Shown: positions 47,830 through 57,681, counted from the first letter of the stretch. The stretch: DNA of 64,000 nt from Candidatus Palauibacter sp. (GCF_965221685.1 NZ_OZ244907.1); one strand, 5' to 3'. Notes: generated from the letters alone by a model not told the origin. Made by a program: numbers and translations.

Positions 47830-48990
47830 CGGCTTTTTCTCCTTTCTCCGCCCGATCAGGCGGCAGTGCGAACCCGGTAGGTCTCCTTCTTCGTGGCCAG
47901 CGCCCAGACCGTCCGCGCCATCTTGTTGGCGAGCGCCACCGCCACCAGCTTCTTCGGCTTGCGTGCCAACATCCCGGCCAGCCACGGATCCGTGACGTCG
48001 CCGCGCCGGACCGCATGCGTGACAACGGTCATCGCTCCGGAGACCAGGAGCCGCCTGAGATCGCGTTGGCCCATTTTTGAGATCCGGCCCAGCCTCGGCT
48101 TGCCTCCGGTCGTGTGTTGCCGGGGCACGAGGCCGAGCTAGGCCGAGAAGTCGCGGCCGCGCCGGAAGCTCTCCATCGGCGGCGCGAAGGCCTGGATGGC
48201 CATCGCGGTGACCGGCCCGATGCCCGGGATCGTCATCAGGCAAGCCGTCTCTTCGTCCTCCCGTGCCCTCCGCAGGAATTCACGGTCGAGTCCGTCGATC
48301 TTCTCATCGAGCTCGTCGATCCGCCCAAACAGCAGCCAGCCCAGCTCGACGACCGCCTCCGGCAGGCCCGAGTCCCCGTCTTCGAGCACTGCGGCCAGTT
48401 GCCCGACCCGGGCTCTGCCTTTTGGAGCGACGATGCCGTACTCGACCAGGTGACCCCGAAGCGCGTTGATCGTCTGCGTGCGCTGGCGCGCCAGCAGGTC
48501 ACGCGTGTGAAAGAGCATCGGCTTGCTGCGCCTCCGTCTTGACCGCCACGAAGTGCATGGTCGGCCGCTCGGCCGCTTCCGTGATCGCCTCCGCGTCCGC
48601 CGCGTCGTTCTTCTGCCGCTTGACGAACGGCTTCACGTAGATCGGCGGAACCAGCCGCACCTCGTGGCCGAGCGCGGCGATCTCCCGGCCCCAGTAGTGG
48701 GCACCAGCGCACGCCTCCATCGCCACCGTGCAAGGCGGCTGCGAGGCGAGAAAGCTCAGCACCTTCCCGCGGCTCAGCTTCCGGCGGAAGGCAACCGACC
48801 CATCCGCCTTCGCCCCGTGCACCTGAAAGCTGCGCTTTGCCAGATCGATCCCGATGACGCTAACCTCTTCCATGTGGATGCCTCCTCCCTCAGATGGTCC
48901 GATTAAATCGCTCAGTACCATCTTGGCACATCGCGATGCCGTCGAGAGGGGGCGTCCACTCCATCGGCTTGTCTCCCATAATCATGCAGA
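47830..48990 (-). mobile_element. degraded IS110-family insertion sequence (boundaries approximate; this family has no terminal inverted repeats)
   Basis: Extent of the transposase remnants plus short flanks. Flanked by ~600-bp non-coding, lower-GC stretches on both sides. Confidence 0.4.
47856..48921 (-). pseudogene. IS110-family transposase, disrupted (one frameshift near 48499-48518 and one in-frame TAG at ~48138-48140)
   Basis: N-terminal DEDD_Tnp_IS110 block VIGIDLAKRSFQVHG...CTVAMEACAGAHYWGRE...KNDAADAEAI in ORF 48499..48921. Middle part MTIPGIGPVTAMAI in ORF 48138..48518 in another frame. C-terminal ORF 47856..48128 is in the same frame as the middle ORF but separated by an amber codon. 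Confidence 0.7.
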
Positions 48991-49543
48991 TTCCTGCGTG
49001 ATTTGCATGACCGGGTCGCGGGGAAGGCCCGGGCTTTTGAGCGCCCGCAGAGGCGAGCGTAGCGAGCCGGAGCGGGGCCAGCGGCGGGATGGAGGCCACC
49101 GATGCCGGGCCGTCCATGTACCCCTGAAGCCGGAGCGGCGACTGATTCCGCCAGCGCCCGCGGGGATCGACACGGGCATCAGTTCGGCTGTCGGTTGGAT
49201 CAACCTGACTACGCTTCTCCTCCGTCGTTTCGCCTCGTTTGGTCGTGCTGCCCTTCACGCTTCGGTGACCCGAAGGGCGACATCCTACGGATCTCATCCG
49301 CCGTAGGTTTCATTTTCGCTGGCCGACCAGTTGGAGTCCGAGGCACGGCGTTGCGAAGGAAATCGACTTGGCGGCGGGCAGTGGCGATCCCGGCGATACC
49401 AACGAAGGGCCGGTATGAGCATGCGACCGGGCGAGGGTAAGGGGACCCGACCGGCCTGCGGGCGGGACGCCGGGTTGCCAGAGAGCGACGGATTCTGTCC
49501 TACCTCATGGCGTTGTTCAGCGAGTTGGCCCATCTTTGTGGAC

Positions 49544-50776
49544 ATGTTCCCCCGGCAAGCCGGTCCATCGATTCCTGACGCCGCCGCGACCATAGCGGGT
49601 GTAGCCGATCGCCCACTGGTCGGCGCGGGCATTTATCTCGATTACGCCGCGACTACGCCTGTGGATCCGGCGGTCGCACGGGCGATGAGCGGTTTCCTCA
49701 CGATGGATGGCACCTTCGGGAACCCAGCCTCAGTGACTCACGGCTTCGGCCAGGCCGCAGCGGACGCGGTGGAGAATGCTCGACGGGAGGTCGCGGCCCT
49801 GGTTTCCTCAAGACCCGAAGAGATCATCTGGACCTCCGGGGCGACCGAGGCAATCAACCTTGCCCTGAAAGGATCGGCCCTAGCCCGTCGCGAGCGTGGC
49901 AGGCACATCGTTACCTCGCCCTTGGAGCATAGGGCAGTCCTCGATTCTGCGGAGTGGCTTGAGTCGCTGGGGTTCGAGATCGGCTATGTCGAGCTAGACG
50001 ATCACGGCAGAGTGACCCGGAAGGCTCTCTCGCGAGCGCTTCGACCAGACACCGTGCTCGTGTCTCTGATGCTCGTCAACAACGAGACGGGTACGATCAC
50101 CGACACCGCAGCGCTTGGCCCACTGATTCGTGAGCGGGGAGCACTCTTCCATGTGGACGCCGTGCAGGGCGCGGCGCGGCTACGCATGGACGACATCGCC
50201 ACTGCGGCGGATCTCGTCTCAATCAGCGGACACAAGATGTACGGACCGAAGGGGATTGGCGCGATCCGGGTTCGTATGCCTCTCCTAGGTGAGTTGGTTC
50301 CTCAAATGCACGGTGGCGGGCACGAGCTTGGGCTACGTTCAGGAACGCTGCCGACCCACCAGGTCGTCGGTATGGGCGAGGCCGCCAAGCTCGCTCGCGA
50401 GCACGGTGAGGCTGACGCGAAACACGTCACCTCCCTCGACCGAAAGCTGCGCGCACACCTAGACCGGATCAGGGGAGCGTCTTTGAACGGCAGCACTCCG
50501 CGACGCGTCCCCGGCATTCTCAACGTACACTTTGCGGATGTGGCGGCGGAGGCGCTGATGATCGGTCTCGGAAACGTCGCGATCTCATCCGGCTCAGCGT
50601 GCACCGCCGCAGAAGTACTGCCCTCTCATGTCTTGCTCGCACTCGGCCTTGGCGAAGAGAGAGCCCACTCTTCGGTCAGATTCAGCTTCGGTCGCTTTAC
50701 GACAATGGACGAAATCGATCACGTCGGATGGCTGCTGGCTGAGATCGTACCCGCGTTGCGGAAGCTATCGCGATGA
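49544..50776 (+). CDS. cysteine desulfurase, IscS/NifS class (DndA/SspA-like)
   Basis: IYLDYAATTP N-terminal block, SGHKMYGPKGIGA (PLP lysine), SSGSACTAAEV (active-site Cys). Stop overlaps the next start (ATGA). Confidence 0.8.
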   Translation: MFPRQAGPSIPDAAATIAGVADRPLVGAGIYLDYAATTPVDPAVARAMSGFLTMDGTFGNPASVTHGFGQAAADAVENARREVAALVSSRPEEIIWTSGATEAINLALKGSALARRERGRHIVTSPLEHRAVLDSAEWLESLGFEIGYVELDDHGRVTRKALSRALRPDTVLVSLMLVNNETGTITDTAALGPLIRERGALFHVDAVQGAARLRMDDIATAADLVSISGHKMYGPKGIGAIRVRMPLLGELVPQMHGGGHELGLRSGTLPTHQVVGMGEAAKLAREHGEADAKHVTSLDRKLRAHLDRIRGASLNGSTPRRVPGILNVHFADVAAEALMIGLGNVAISSGSACTAAEVLPSHVLLALGLGEERAHSSVRFSFGRFTTMDEIDHVGWLLAEIVPALRKLSR

Positions 50777-51963
50777 GCGTGTCCGCAACCTCGCCTACCA
50801 GTGTGGGGACCCTGCCGAACCGCATCGAGGCTGTCAAGGACGTGATTCGCTCGGAATACCAGGAGACGCACCGCTATCCATGGCTCGTCGCCTACTCCGG
50901 TGGGAAGGATTCCACCTTGCTCCTACAGTTGGTGTGGGAGGTAATTGCCGATCTCCCGCCCGACGCGCGACAGCGCCGCGTGCTGGTCGTTGGCAACGAC
51001 ACACTCGTCGAATCCCCCCTAGTCATCGAGCATCTCCGCGATTCGCTCAAGGAGATTGGGTCCGCCGCAGGGGAGCAGGGACTTCCCATCGAGACGAAGA
51101 TCACCGTACCGTGTATCGACCAGACATTCTGGGTGAGCGTCATCGGTCGCGGGTACATCCCTCCCACGCGCAATTTTCGCTGGTGTACCGACCGGATGAA
51201 AATTCTGCCCACTACCCGCTTGCTCAAACGTATCACTCGCAGCGCCAAAGGGTCGGTGCTCCTGATCGGAACGCGACGGGCGGAGTCGCAAAACCGTCAG
51301 CGTGCGATGAACAAACGAGAAGTGTCCGCTAGTCAGTTGAACCCGCACGGCAAGGTGGACGGCTGCTGGATGTTCGCACCTCTTGCGGACCTAAAGGACA
51401 ACGACGTGTGGATGATGCTCATGCAACACCCGGCACCCTGGGGTAAATCCCACCGTCGGCTGATCACCCTCTACCGTAACGCTGGCGGCGGCGAGTGTCC
51501 GCTGGTCATCACGAAGGAACAGGCTCCGTCTTGCGGGAGTTCGTCGCCGCGCTTTGGATGTTGGACGTGCACGGTTGTCCAGAAGGACCGCAGCCTCCGT
51601 GGGCTCATCGACTCCGGATATGCGGATACGGCACGAATGGAAGCGCTGTTCGATTTCCGCGAGTGGTTAATTGAAATGCGGGAGAGCGACACGAACCGTC
51701 TCCCCGTGCGTCGGGACGGCAACGTCAAGCGCCGGAAGGACGGGTCTCGCATCTATGGCCCGTTTACGCTCGCTGTGCGGAAGGAAATACTCAACAGGCT
51801 CCACAGACTCGAAGAGCGAATCGGCAAACGGCTCATTCTCCCAGCAGAGATTGACTCCATCGAAGATGTCTGGTGGCGCGACGAAATCCGCGAAGACGCG
51901 CGGCTCGCGCTTGAGCGCAGCATCGTGAACGAGGATCCCGAACCGGTCTTGGAGACGGCGTGA
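50773..51963 (+). CDS. PAPS-reductase-family ATP pyrophosphatase, DndC/SspD-like (putative DNA sulfur-modification enzyme)
   Basis: PP-loop VAYSGGKDST. Cys cluster GGGECPLV...SCGSSSPRFGCWTCT as in DndC-type proteins. 396 aa; ATGA overlap upstream, GTGA overlap downstream. Confidence 0.65.
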   Translation: MSVSATSPTSVGTLPNRIEAVKDVIRSEYQETHRYPWLVAYSGGKDSTLLLQLVWEVIADLPPDARQRRVLVVGNDTLVESPLVIEHLRDSLKEIGSAAGEQGLPIETKITVPCIDQTFWVSVIGRGYIPPTRNFRWCTDRMKILPTTRLLKRITRSAKGSVLLIGTRRAESQNRQRAMNKREVSASQLNPHGKVDGCWMFAPLADLKDNDVWMMLMQHPAPWGKSHRRLITLYRNAGGGECPLVITKEQAPSCGSSSPRFGCWTCTVVQKDRSLRGLIDSGYADTARMEALFDFREWLIEMRESDTNRLPVRRDGNVKRRKDGSRIYGPFTLAVRKEILNRLHRLEERIGKRLILPAEIDSIEDVWWRDEIREDARLALERSIVNEDPEPVLETA

Positions 51964-53735
51964 CTAGAATTCAATCGGAAGTAAGACTCCTCTTTCGCGT
52001 TCTGTGCTCGGCTCACTTCGAGGTGCCTTGGCACCAGCGCCACTACGACTGGACGGTGCAGGAGGTCGGCGATCTTCTCGAGGATCTGATGGACGCGCTC
52101 GATTCCGACAAGACTTGTTACTTCCTCGGCTCCATCATGCTACTCAAGCCAACCGGTGCCGCGCCGTGGAGGATCAACGACGGACAGCAACGGCTGATCA
52201 CATTCTCTCTGCTCATGGCGGCCTTCTGCCGCCGCTTCTCCGAAGAAGAGCCCCGTGATACTTGGCGCGAGACATCGGCGCTCCGCGCCCTGTTCGACCG
52301 CAACGAGAACGAAATCTCTCGCTTGGACGATGCGCACCAATATACGCATCGGATCGCGCCTCCGAAGGACAATAGGCGCATGTACACCCAGCTCCTCCAC
52401 GGTCACGACATCGGCAGCAACGGACTTATGACAGCTGCCTGGAACAAGATCGATGACTTTGTCGACTGCATGGACAGAGAGACGAGAGAGGCATTCTTCG
52501 ACTTTCTGCTGACGAAGTTGGAAGTCTCGGTTCTAACCGTTCCCGGAGATGTGGACGCTAACAGCGTGTTTGAGACGCTCAACGCCCGCGGTAAATCGCT
52601 GAGCGATGTCGACCTTATTCGGAACCTGCTGTACTCGTGTTTTTCGGAAATCGATGACACCGCGCGGCGAAACGCCGTGCACGCCAACCTCCAGAGCACG
52701 AGTGTCATCCTCAACACGAAACCGAAGGTCTCAGAGTACTTCCGCTGTTACCTGCAATGCCGCTATGGCTTCTTGCGAAAGAAGCGATTCTACCGCGAGT
52801 TCTGGAAGAAAACGCAGCACACGATACGCGGTGCCGCGTCCACCGACTACGCCTACAGCCTCGTAGCCGGCTTGGGGCGCCCGGAGAGTACATGGCTGTT
52901 CCAGACGATCATCTCTGCGAAACCGAGCCAAGCCCTTGAAGGGCGATTGCCGACGGTCTCCGGTAAACGCGATCTCGCCGTACTCCTCCGCGAACTCCAG
53001 GGATACAAGGTCTCGCATCCGCTCTGCTTCGCCTTGCTCCACCGGTTCATGGCCGAGAGCAGTGCAGCGAAGAAGAGAGCAGTGGGAAGGGTGGTCGGGC
53101 GCAGCTTGAAGAATCTTACATCATACATCATGAGAGCGGCCTTTGTGACCTCGACATTCCGGCCATCGAGAATCGAGGAACCCTTGGCGATGTGCGCCCA
53201 GAACGTGTTCGTGGGCACCGATTTCCGGTCGCTCGACATCATGGCCGAGTTGGAAGGAAACGACCCATTCGGTGTCGTTGACGACGCGAGCTTCATCCGG
53301 CGCATGACCGACATGGAACTACGCAGCAACAACCGATCCAGCAATCAGAAGGCGCTACGGTATCTGTTCGGCATCAATGCCCAACAGCAGAGAGGATCCG
53401 ATGCTCTGCAAATCGGCGGCTGTAGTGTCGAGCATGTGTTACCGCAGTCGGAAATGTACTGGCCGAGTTGGACTGGATTCAAAGGCGAGAATCCAGCAGC
53501 GTGGGTCCACCGGACAGGCAACTTCGTAGTTGTATCTCGCCGGGAGAATCGGGGTGGGTTCGAGTTCAACGCCAACTTCGCCGCCAAAAGGCGAGCCCTT
53601 GCGGAGAGTCCGCTGTTGATGGCAAGGAACGTAGCAGAAGACCACGAAGAGTGGACCCCTGCGGCCATCGAGAAACGCTCGGAACAGCTTGCTGTAGCGG
53701 CCGCTGGGATATGGACATTCCGCCGTGGGAACTGA
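51960..53735 (+). CDS. DUF262-DUF1524 two-domain nuclease (SspE/GmrSD-like, probable modification-sensing NTPase + His-Me finger nickase)
   Basis: N-terminus VPWHQRHYDWTVQEVGDLLEDL and the INDGQQRLITF (DGQQR) DUF262 signature. C-terminus GGCSVEHVLPQS...GNFVVVSRRENRGG...FNANFAAKR DUF1524 HNH-like motif. 591 aa. Confidence 0.75.
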   Translation: MTRIQSEVRLLFRVLCSAHFEVPWHQRHYDWTVQEVGDLLEDLMDALDSDKTCYFLGSIMLLKPTGAAPWRINDGQQRLITFSLLMAAFCRRFSEEEPRDTWRETSALRALFDRNENEISRLDDAHQYTHRIAPPKDNRRMYTQLLHGHDIGSNGLMTAAWNKIDDFVDCMDRETREAFFDFLLTKLEVSVLTVPGDVDANSVFETLNARGKSLSDVDLIRNLLYSCFSEIDDTARRNAVHANLQSTSVILNTKPKVSEYFRCYLQCRYGFLRKKRFYREFWKKTQHTIRGAASTDYAYSLVAGLGRPESTWLFQTIISAKPSQALEGRLPTVSGKRDLAVLLRELQGYKVSHPLCFALLHRFMAESSAAKKRAVGRVVGRSLKNLTSYIMRAAFVTSTFRPSRIEEPLAMCAQNVFVGTDFRSLDIMAELEGNDPFGVVDDASFIRRMTDMELRSNNRSSNQKALRYLFGINAQQQRGSDALQIGGCSVEHVLPQSEMYWPSWTGFKGENPAAWVHRTGNFVVVSRRENRGGFEFNANFAAKRRALAESPLLMARNVAEDHEEWTPAAIEKRSEQLAVAAAGIWTFRRGN

Positions 53736-55161
53736 ACGCAAAGCGCACGCGGCTGAACTGCGCCGGCATGCCGAAGACATGCTCGGAGTTCCTGCACGAT
53801 TGCACGACTATCAGTGGGAGGGGGTCTCCTTCCTTTATCGGAATCGCGCGGCCCTGCTCGCGGATGAGATGGGGTTGGGGAAGACGGTGCAAACCGCTGT
53901 CGCGCTTGCGCTCACTCTGAGCACGCGGCGCGAGATGAGCCGCGCACTCATTGTTGCACCGGCGTCACTGAAGATGAACTGGATGTCCGAGCTTGCGAAG
54001 TGGGCTCCGTCGTTGACGGTTCGCAGCTTGGTGGGTGGTGCGCGCGAGCGCGAGGCGTTCTATCTGTTGCCAATACCGGTTCTTGTCAGTTCGTATGAAC
54101 AGATTCGGCAAGACGGATTGAACCGGATTCCGTCCAACACCTTTGACATCGTTATCCTCGATGAGGCGCAACGGATCAAGAATCCGAATTCGGCAACAGC
54201 CCTGTCTTGCAGACTGCTCTCTCGGAAGTGCTCGTGGGCGTTGTCGGCCACGCCATTGGAGAACGATGCCCGGGACGTGGCTTCGATCCTTGCTTTTCTT
54301 GATCCCATGCAGCCCTTCGATATGTCAGCCCGGCAGCTATCGGCTCGGCTCAGTTCGATGATGCTTCGCCGCCGCAAATCGGAGGTGCGGGGTGAACTGC
54401 CTCCGGTAATCGTTCAGGACTTGAGCCTCGAACTCGCCGGGCCTCAACGAACGCGATACGACGAGCTATGGACGAAACGCTATGAAGCCGTATCAGAGGG
54501 TATTGGCGACACCGCTATCGCCCTATTGGCGACGATTACTCGGTTGAAGATCATCTGTAACTTTGATTCGGACTCAGGAGCATCCACCAAATTCGCCGCC
54601 TTGGGTGAAATCTGCGCCGGTGCCGGTCCAGATGCGCGGATCCTCGTCTTCTCCCAGTTCGTCGAGACTCTCAAGTGGGTCGCCAACCGCCTCGGCGTGG
54701 CGTGTGATCTCCTCACAGGATCTATGTCGTCGGGCGCCCGCGAAGCCGCGATTGAGCGATTCAAGACGGCGGGCACCCCAAGAGTGCTTTTTACGTCGCT
54801 ACGCGCGGGAGGCGTCGGTCTGAATCTAGGCGAGGCCACCCATGTCGTAATGTATGATCGCTGGTGGAATCCGGCTGTCGAGATGCAGGCGGTGTATCGC
54901 GCGCATCGCTTTACCCGGGAGACGCCGCTACACGTCGTACGCTTCACGTTGACCGGTACTATCGAAGAACGAATCGCGTCAATTCTGGACGCCAAGCAGA
55001 GGCTCTTTGAAGATGTCGTAGAATCCACGGAAACCACGGCTCAAGATTTCTCGGTCGAAGAGCTAATGCACATTCTCGAAATCTCCATTGGAGATCAGCA
55101 CTCACTGACGAAGGGAACAGAGGACGGTCGCAATCATGGCGAAAATCTTGGAATATCGTGA
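53725..55161 (+). CDS. minimal SNF2-family DNA-dependent ATPase/helicase
   Basis: Walker A ADEMGLGKTVQT, DExx box ILDEAQRIKN, helicase-C motifs (GGVGLNL, QAVYRAHR). GTG start overlaps the upstream stop; 478 aa with no extra domains. Confidence 0.8.
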   Translation: MGTERKAHAAELRRHAEDMLGVPARLHDYQWEGVSFLYRNRAALLADEMGLGKTVQTAVALALTLSTRREMSRALIVAPASLKMNWMSELAKWAPSLTVRSLVGGAREREAFYLLPIPVLVSSYEQIRQDGLNRIPSNTFDIVILDEAQRIKNPNSATALSCRLLSRKCSWALSATPLENDARDVASILAFLDPMQPFDMSARQLSARLSSMMLRRRKSEVRGELPPVIVQDLSLELAGPQRTRYDELWTKRYEAVSEGIGDTAIALLATITRLKIICNFDSDSGASTKFAALGEICAGAGPDARILVFSQFVETLKWVANRLGVACDLLTGSMSSGAREAAIERFKTAGTPRVLFTSLRAGGVGLNLGEATHVVMYDRWWNPAVEMQAVYRAHRFTRETPLHVVRFTLTGTIEERIASILDAKQRLFEDVVESTETTAQDFSVEELMHILEISIGDQHSLTKGTEDGRNHGENLGIS

Positions 55162-55960
55162 CATCCCCCTCGACGAGTTGGTCATCGGCATGGGGCAAGT
55201 CCGGACTCAGAGTCCTGGCAAGGGAATCGACGACCTAGTGAGGAGCATCGAGGCCCAAGGGCTGCTACAGCCCATTGTCGTGTGCCCCGCGAGGGACGAG
55301 GGCAAGTGGGAGATCCTCGTCGGACAGCGCCGTTTCCTCGCGCACAGACTGCTGGAAAGGGAGTCGATTGCCGCAGCCGTTCTGGACGAACGGGTAAGCA
55401 GCGGCGAGGCCAAGGCCATCTCCATCACGGAAAACCTGATTCGACGGCAACTCTCCGGGACGGAGCTGAAGGACGGCATTCTCTATCTCTACAACCTGTA
55501 CGGGAGCTTGAAGGATGTGGTGGAGGCCACTGGCCTGCCGTACAGCAAGGTGCGAGACAACGTAAAGTATCCCCGCCTTATCCCGGAGTTGAAGACACTT
55601 GTCGACGATGGTAAGGTCGATGTCAATGCGGCCGTAAAGGCGCAGGACGCAGCTAGCGATGACCACGGTAATGTCAAGTCGGGCGATGCCATCATCCTAG
55701 CACAGGCGATGGTACCCATGTCAGGGGTCCAGAGGAAGAAGGTAACCAAGGAGCGGAAGGAACGCCCGGAGAGGCCGGTGGAGGATGTGATCGAGGACGC
55801 TACAACCGGATCGAGGGTCACTCAGATCGTCGTGACGGTAACCCAGGACACACGCGCGGCCCTACAGAGGTTTGCAAGGGAGGAAGGAACAAACCAGGAC
55901 GAGGCAGCCGCAACACTCATTGAGGAGGCTCTGACGGGGCGCGGCCTTCTCGATGACTAG
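55136..55960 (+). CDS. ParB-like protein (ParB N-terminal nuclease/CTPase fold + HTH)
   Basis: LQPIVVCPARDEGKWEILVGQRRFLAHRLL (GxRR box II region) and ISITENLIRRQL. HTH LKDVVEATGLPYSKVRDNVKY. Basic/acidic C-terminal tail. Overlaps the SNF2 gene by 26 nt. Confidence 0.7.
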   Translation: MAKILEYRDIPLDELVIGMGQVRTQSPGKGIDDLVRSIEAQGLLQPIVVCPARDEGKWEILVGQRRFLAHRLLERESIAAAVLDERVSSGEAKAISITENLIRRQLSGTELKDGILYLYNLYGSLKDVVEATGLPYSKVRDNVKYPRLIPELKTLVDDGKVDVNAAVKAQDAASDDHGNVKSGDAIILAQAMVPMSGVQRKKVTKERKERPERPVEDVIEDATTGSRVTQIVVTVTQDTRAALQRFAREEGTNQDEAAATLIEEALTGRGLLDD

Positions 55961-56678
55961 TCTGGCCGGTCTGAACGCGTTGGAATTGGGGCGCTTGCGG
56001 ATGTCCGTAGGATATGGGACGCACAGAAGCGGGCGGCCCCTGTCACCAGTGGAAGTCGGTGCGCTTCTTCATAACGCCCGGAAGAACGGAGCCTCGCTAA
56101 CGGACTGTGCAGAGGCAGCGCAGCTTCATAGCACGGGTATTCGTCGCTTTCTGCGTATTCTGGACCTCCCGTCTGATCTTCTGCATTTGATCGATTGGGG
56201 TTCCGGCAAGGACTTTGTCGGGTTCTCCGCTGCGGTGGAAACCACGAAGCTGACAGACTCCGACGATCAGCGTGCGGTCGCCGCTGCGATACTGGCAAGC
56301 AACCTCAGTAGCAAAGAGGTCAGGCAGGTTACTCAACTGCGGCAGCGGTCAGGACGCCTCATCGAGGAGTGTGTACAGGAAGTTCTTAGGATGCGCCCAA
56401 CAGTTGTAAGGCGCTATGTTTTCATTGGCTCCGTTGCATCCGAAAACATGGAAGAGCTGCGGGCGCTTGCGCAGTCGGCTAGGGATTCGATGTTGGCGAC
56501 AGGTATCGAGAAGATTGGCCTTGAGAGCGCGACTGGTCGGTTGGGAGTGAGGTTCTTCACGCTCGTTGGTGACGAGCGGTTCAACGCCTCTTTGCGTGAA
56601 ATCGGCAAGGAAGCGATTGAGGCACAGCTTCGGACTCACGTTTCGCGGGCCGTGATCGATGCCACATCGGACGGTTGA
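55953..56678 (+). CDS. ParB-type HTH domain protein lacking the N-terminal ParB box (paralogous partner of the preceding gene)
   Basis: LSPVEVGALLHNARKNGASLTDCAEAAQLHSTGIRRFLRILDLPSDLLHLIDWG resembles the ParB/KorB central HTH region. Overlapping start/stop on both sides. Confidence 0.45.
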   Translation: MTSLAGLNALELGRLRMSVGYGTHRSGRPLSPVEVGALLHNARKNGASLTDCAEAAQLHSTGIRRFLRILDLPSDLLHLIDWGSGKDFVGFSAAVETTKLTDSDDQRAVAAAILASNLSSKEVRQVTQLRQRSGRLIEECVQEVLRMRPTVVRRYVFIGSVASENMEELRALAQSARDSMLATGIEKIGLESATGRLGVRFFTLVGDERFNASLREIGKEAIEAQLRTHVSRAVIDATSDG

Positions 56679-57681
56679 CGTATTCGATAACGGTGCCGTG
56701 CGCCTCGGAGCGAACACGGTGTGCGACGGCTATGCGATGGGCTATGCCTTCCGGGTTCAGTCGCACCTGCACGATGACCACATGGCCGAGTTCGACAAGA
56801 GCAAAGGCGAGCAGGATCTGTTCATGAGTCCAGAGACCCGCCGACTGCTGATTGCCGAGCGGAACGACGATCTTGAGTATCGGGACAACCTCATTCCGCT
56901 GGGACGTGGTATACAGAGAGAACTCAACGATGGTTCCAAGCTTACGCTCCTTCCCTCGGGCCACATGCTCGGATCGTGCCAGGTAGCCCTCGAATTGTCT
57001 AGCGGTATCCGTTGCGGCTATTCGGGCGATTTCGCTTGGCCACTGGACGATGTGATGCAGGTTGACGAGCTGGTCGTGGACAGCACCTACGGAAGCCCTG
57101 CGAGCGTCCGACGTTACACACAAGATGAGGCCGAAAGCTGTCTTTTGGAGGTGGTGTGCCAAGCTCTTCGCCGCGGGTCTGTGCATGTCAAGGCTCACAG
57201 AGGAACCATTGAGCGCGTGCTGCAAGTTGTCGCTGGCAATGTCGGCGTTCCGGTCTTGGCTAGTGCGCGTTTGATCGCCGAAGTCGAGGTATATCGGGAT
57301 CATGGGTTCGGAGCGGAGGAATTGGTAGCGTTGGACTCGGACATAGGGCGCGCCGTGCTGGAGGAGCGGTCCTATGTCCGCCTTTACTCTAAGGGAGACT
57401 CCTTCGGCAACGAGCTGATCGAAGGCACGAGCATTACGTGCAGCGCGTACATGGTGAACACCGACCATCCGCTGCTCCAGTTTTCGGAACGGGCATACCG
57501 GGTGGCTCTATCGAACCACGCGGACTTCGAGGGGACCTTGGCGTATGTGGAGGCTACGGGAGCCCAAAGGGTTGTGACTGACAACACAAGAAGCCACGGA
57601 GTAGACCTGGCCATTGCGATCAACAACCGCTTTCCGGACATCCGCGCCGAACCGTCTACGAACGGCCCTGTGCCGTCCTGA
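56659..57681 (+). CDS. metallo-beta-lactamase-fold hydrolase (putative nuclease)
   Basis: HLHDDHM (HxHxDH) motif plus downstream His/Asp ligands. 340 aa; overlaps the upstream gene by 20 nt. Confidence 0.7.
   Translation: MPHRTVDVFDNGAVRLGANTVCDGYAMGYAFRVQSHLHDDHMAEFDKSKGEQDLFMSPETRRLLIAERNDDLEYRDNLIPLGRGIQRELNDGSKLTLLPSGHMLGSCQVALELSSGIRCGYSGDFAWPLDDVMQVDELVVDSTYGSPASVRRYTQDEAESCLLEVVCQALRRGSVHVKAHRGTIERVLQVVAGNVGVPVLASARLIAEVEVYRDHGFGAEELVALDSDIGRAVLEERSYVRLYSKGDSFGNELIEGTSITCSAYMVNTDHPLLQFSERAYRVALSNHADFEGTLAYVEATGAQRVVTDNTRSHGVDLAIAINNRFPDIRAEPSTNGPVPS

Noticed and set aside
55136-56678. Reading the two ParB-type ORFs as one frameshifted parB gene
   Set aside because: The first ORF already contains both the ParB box and an HTH plus a C-terminal tail. 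The second has its own ATG overlapping the first stop. Two separate paralogous genes fit better, though a frameshift is not excluded
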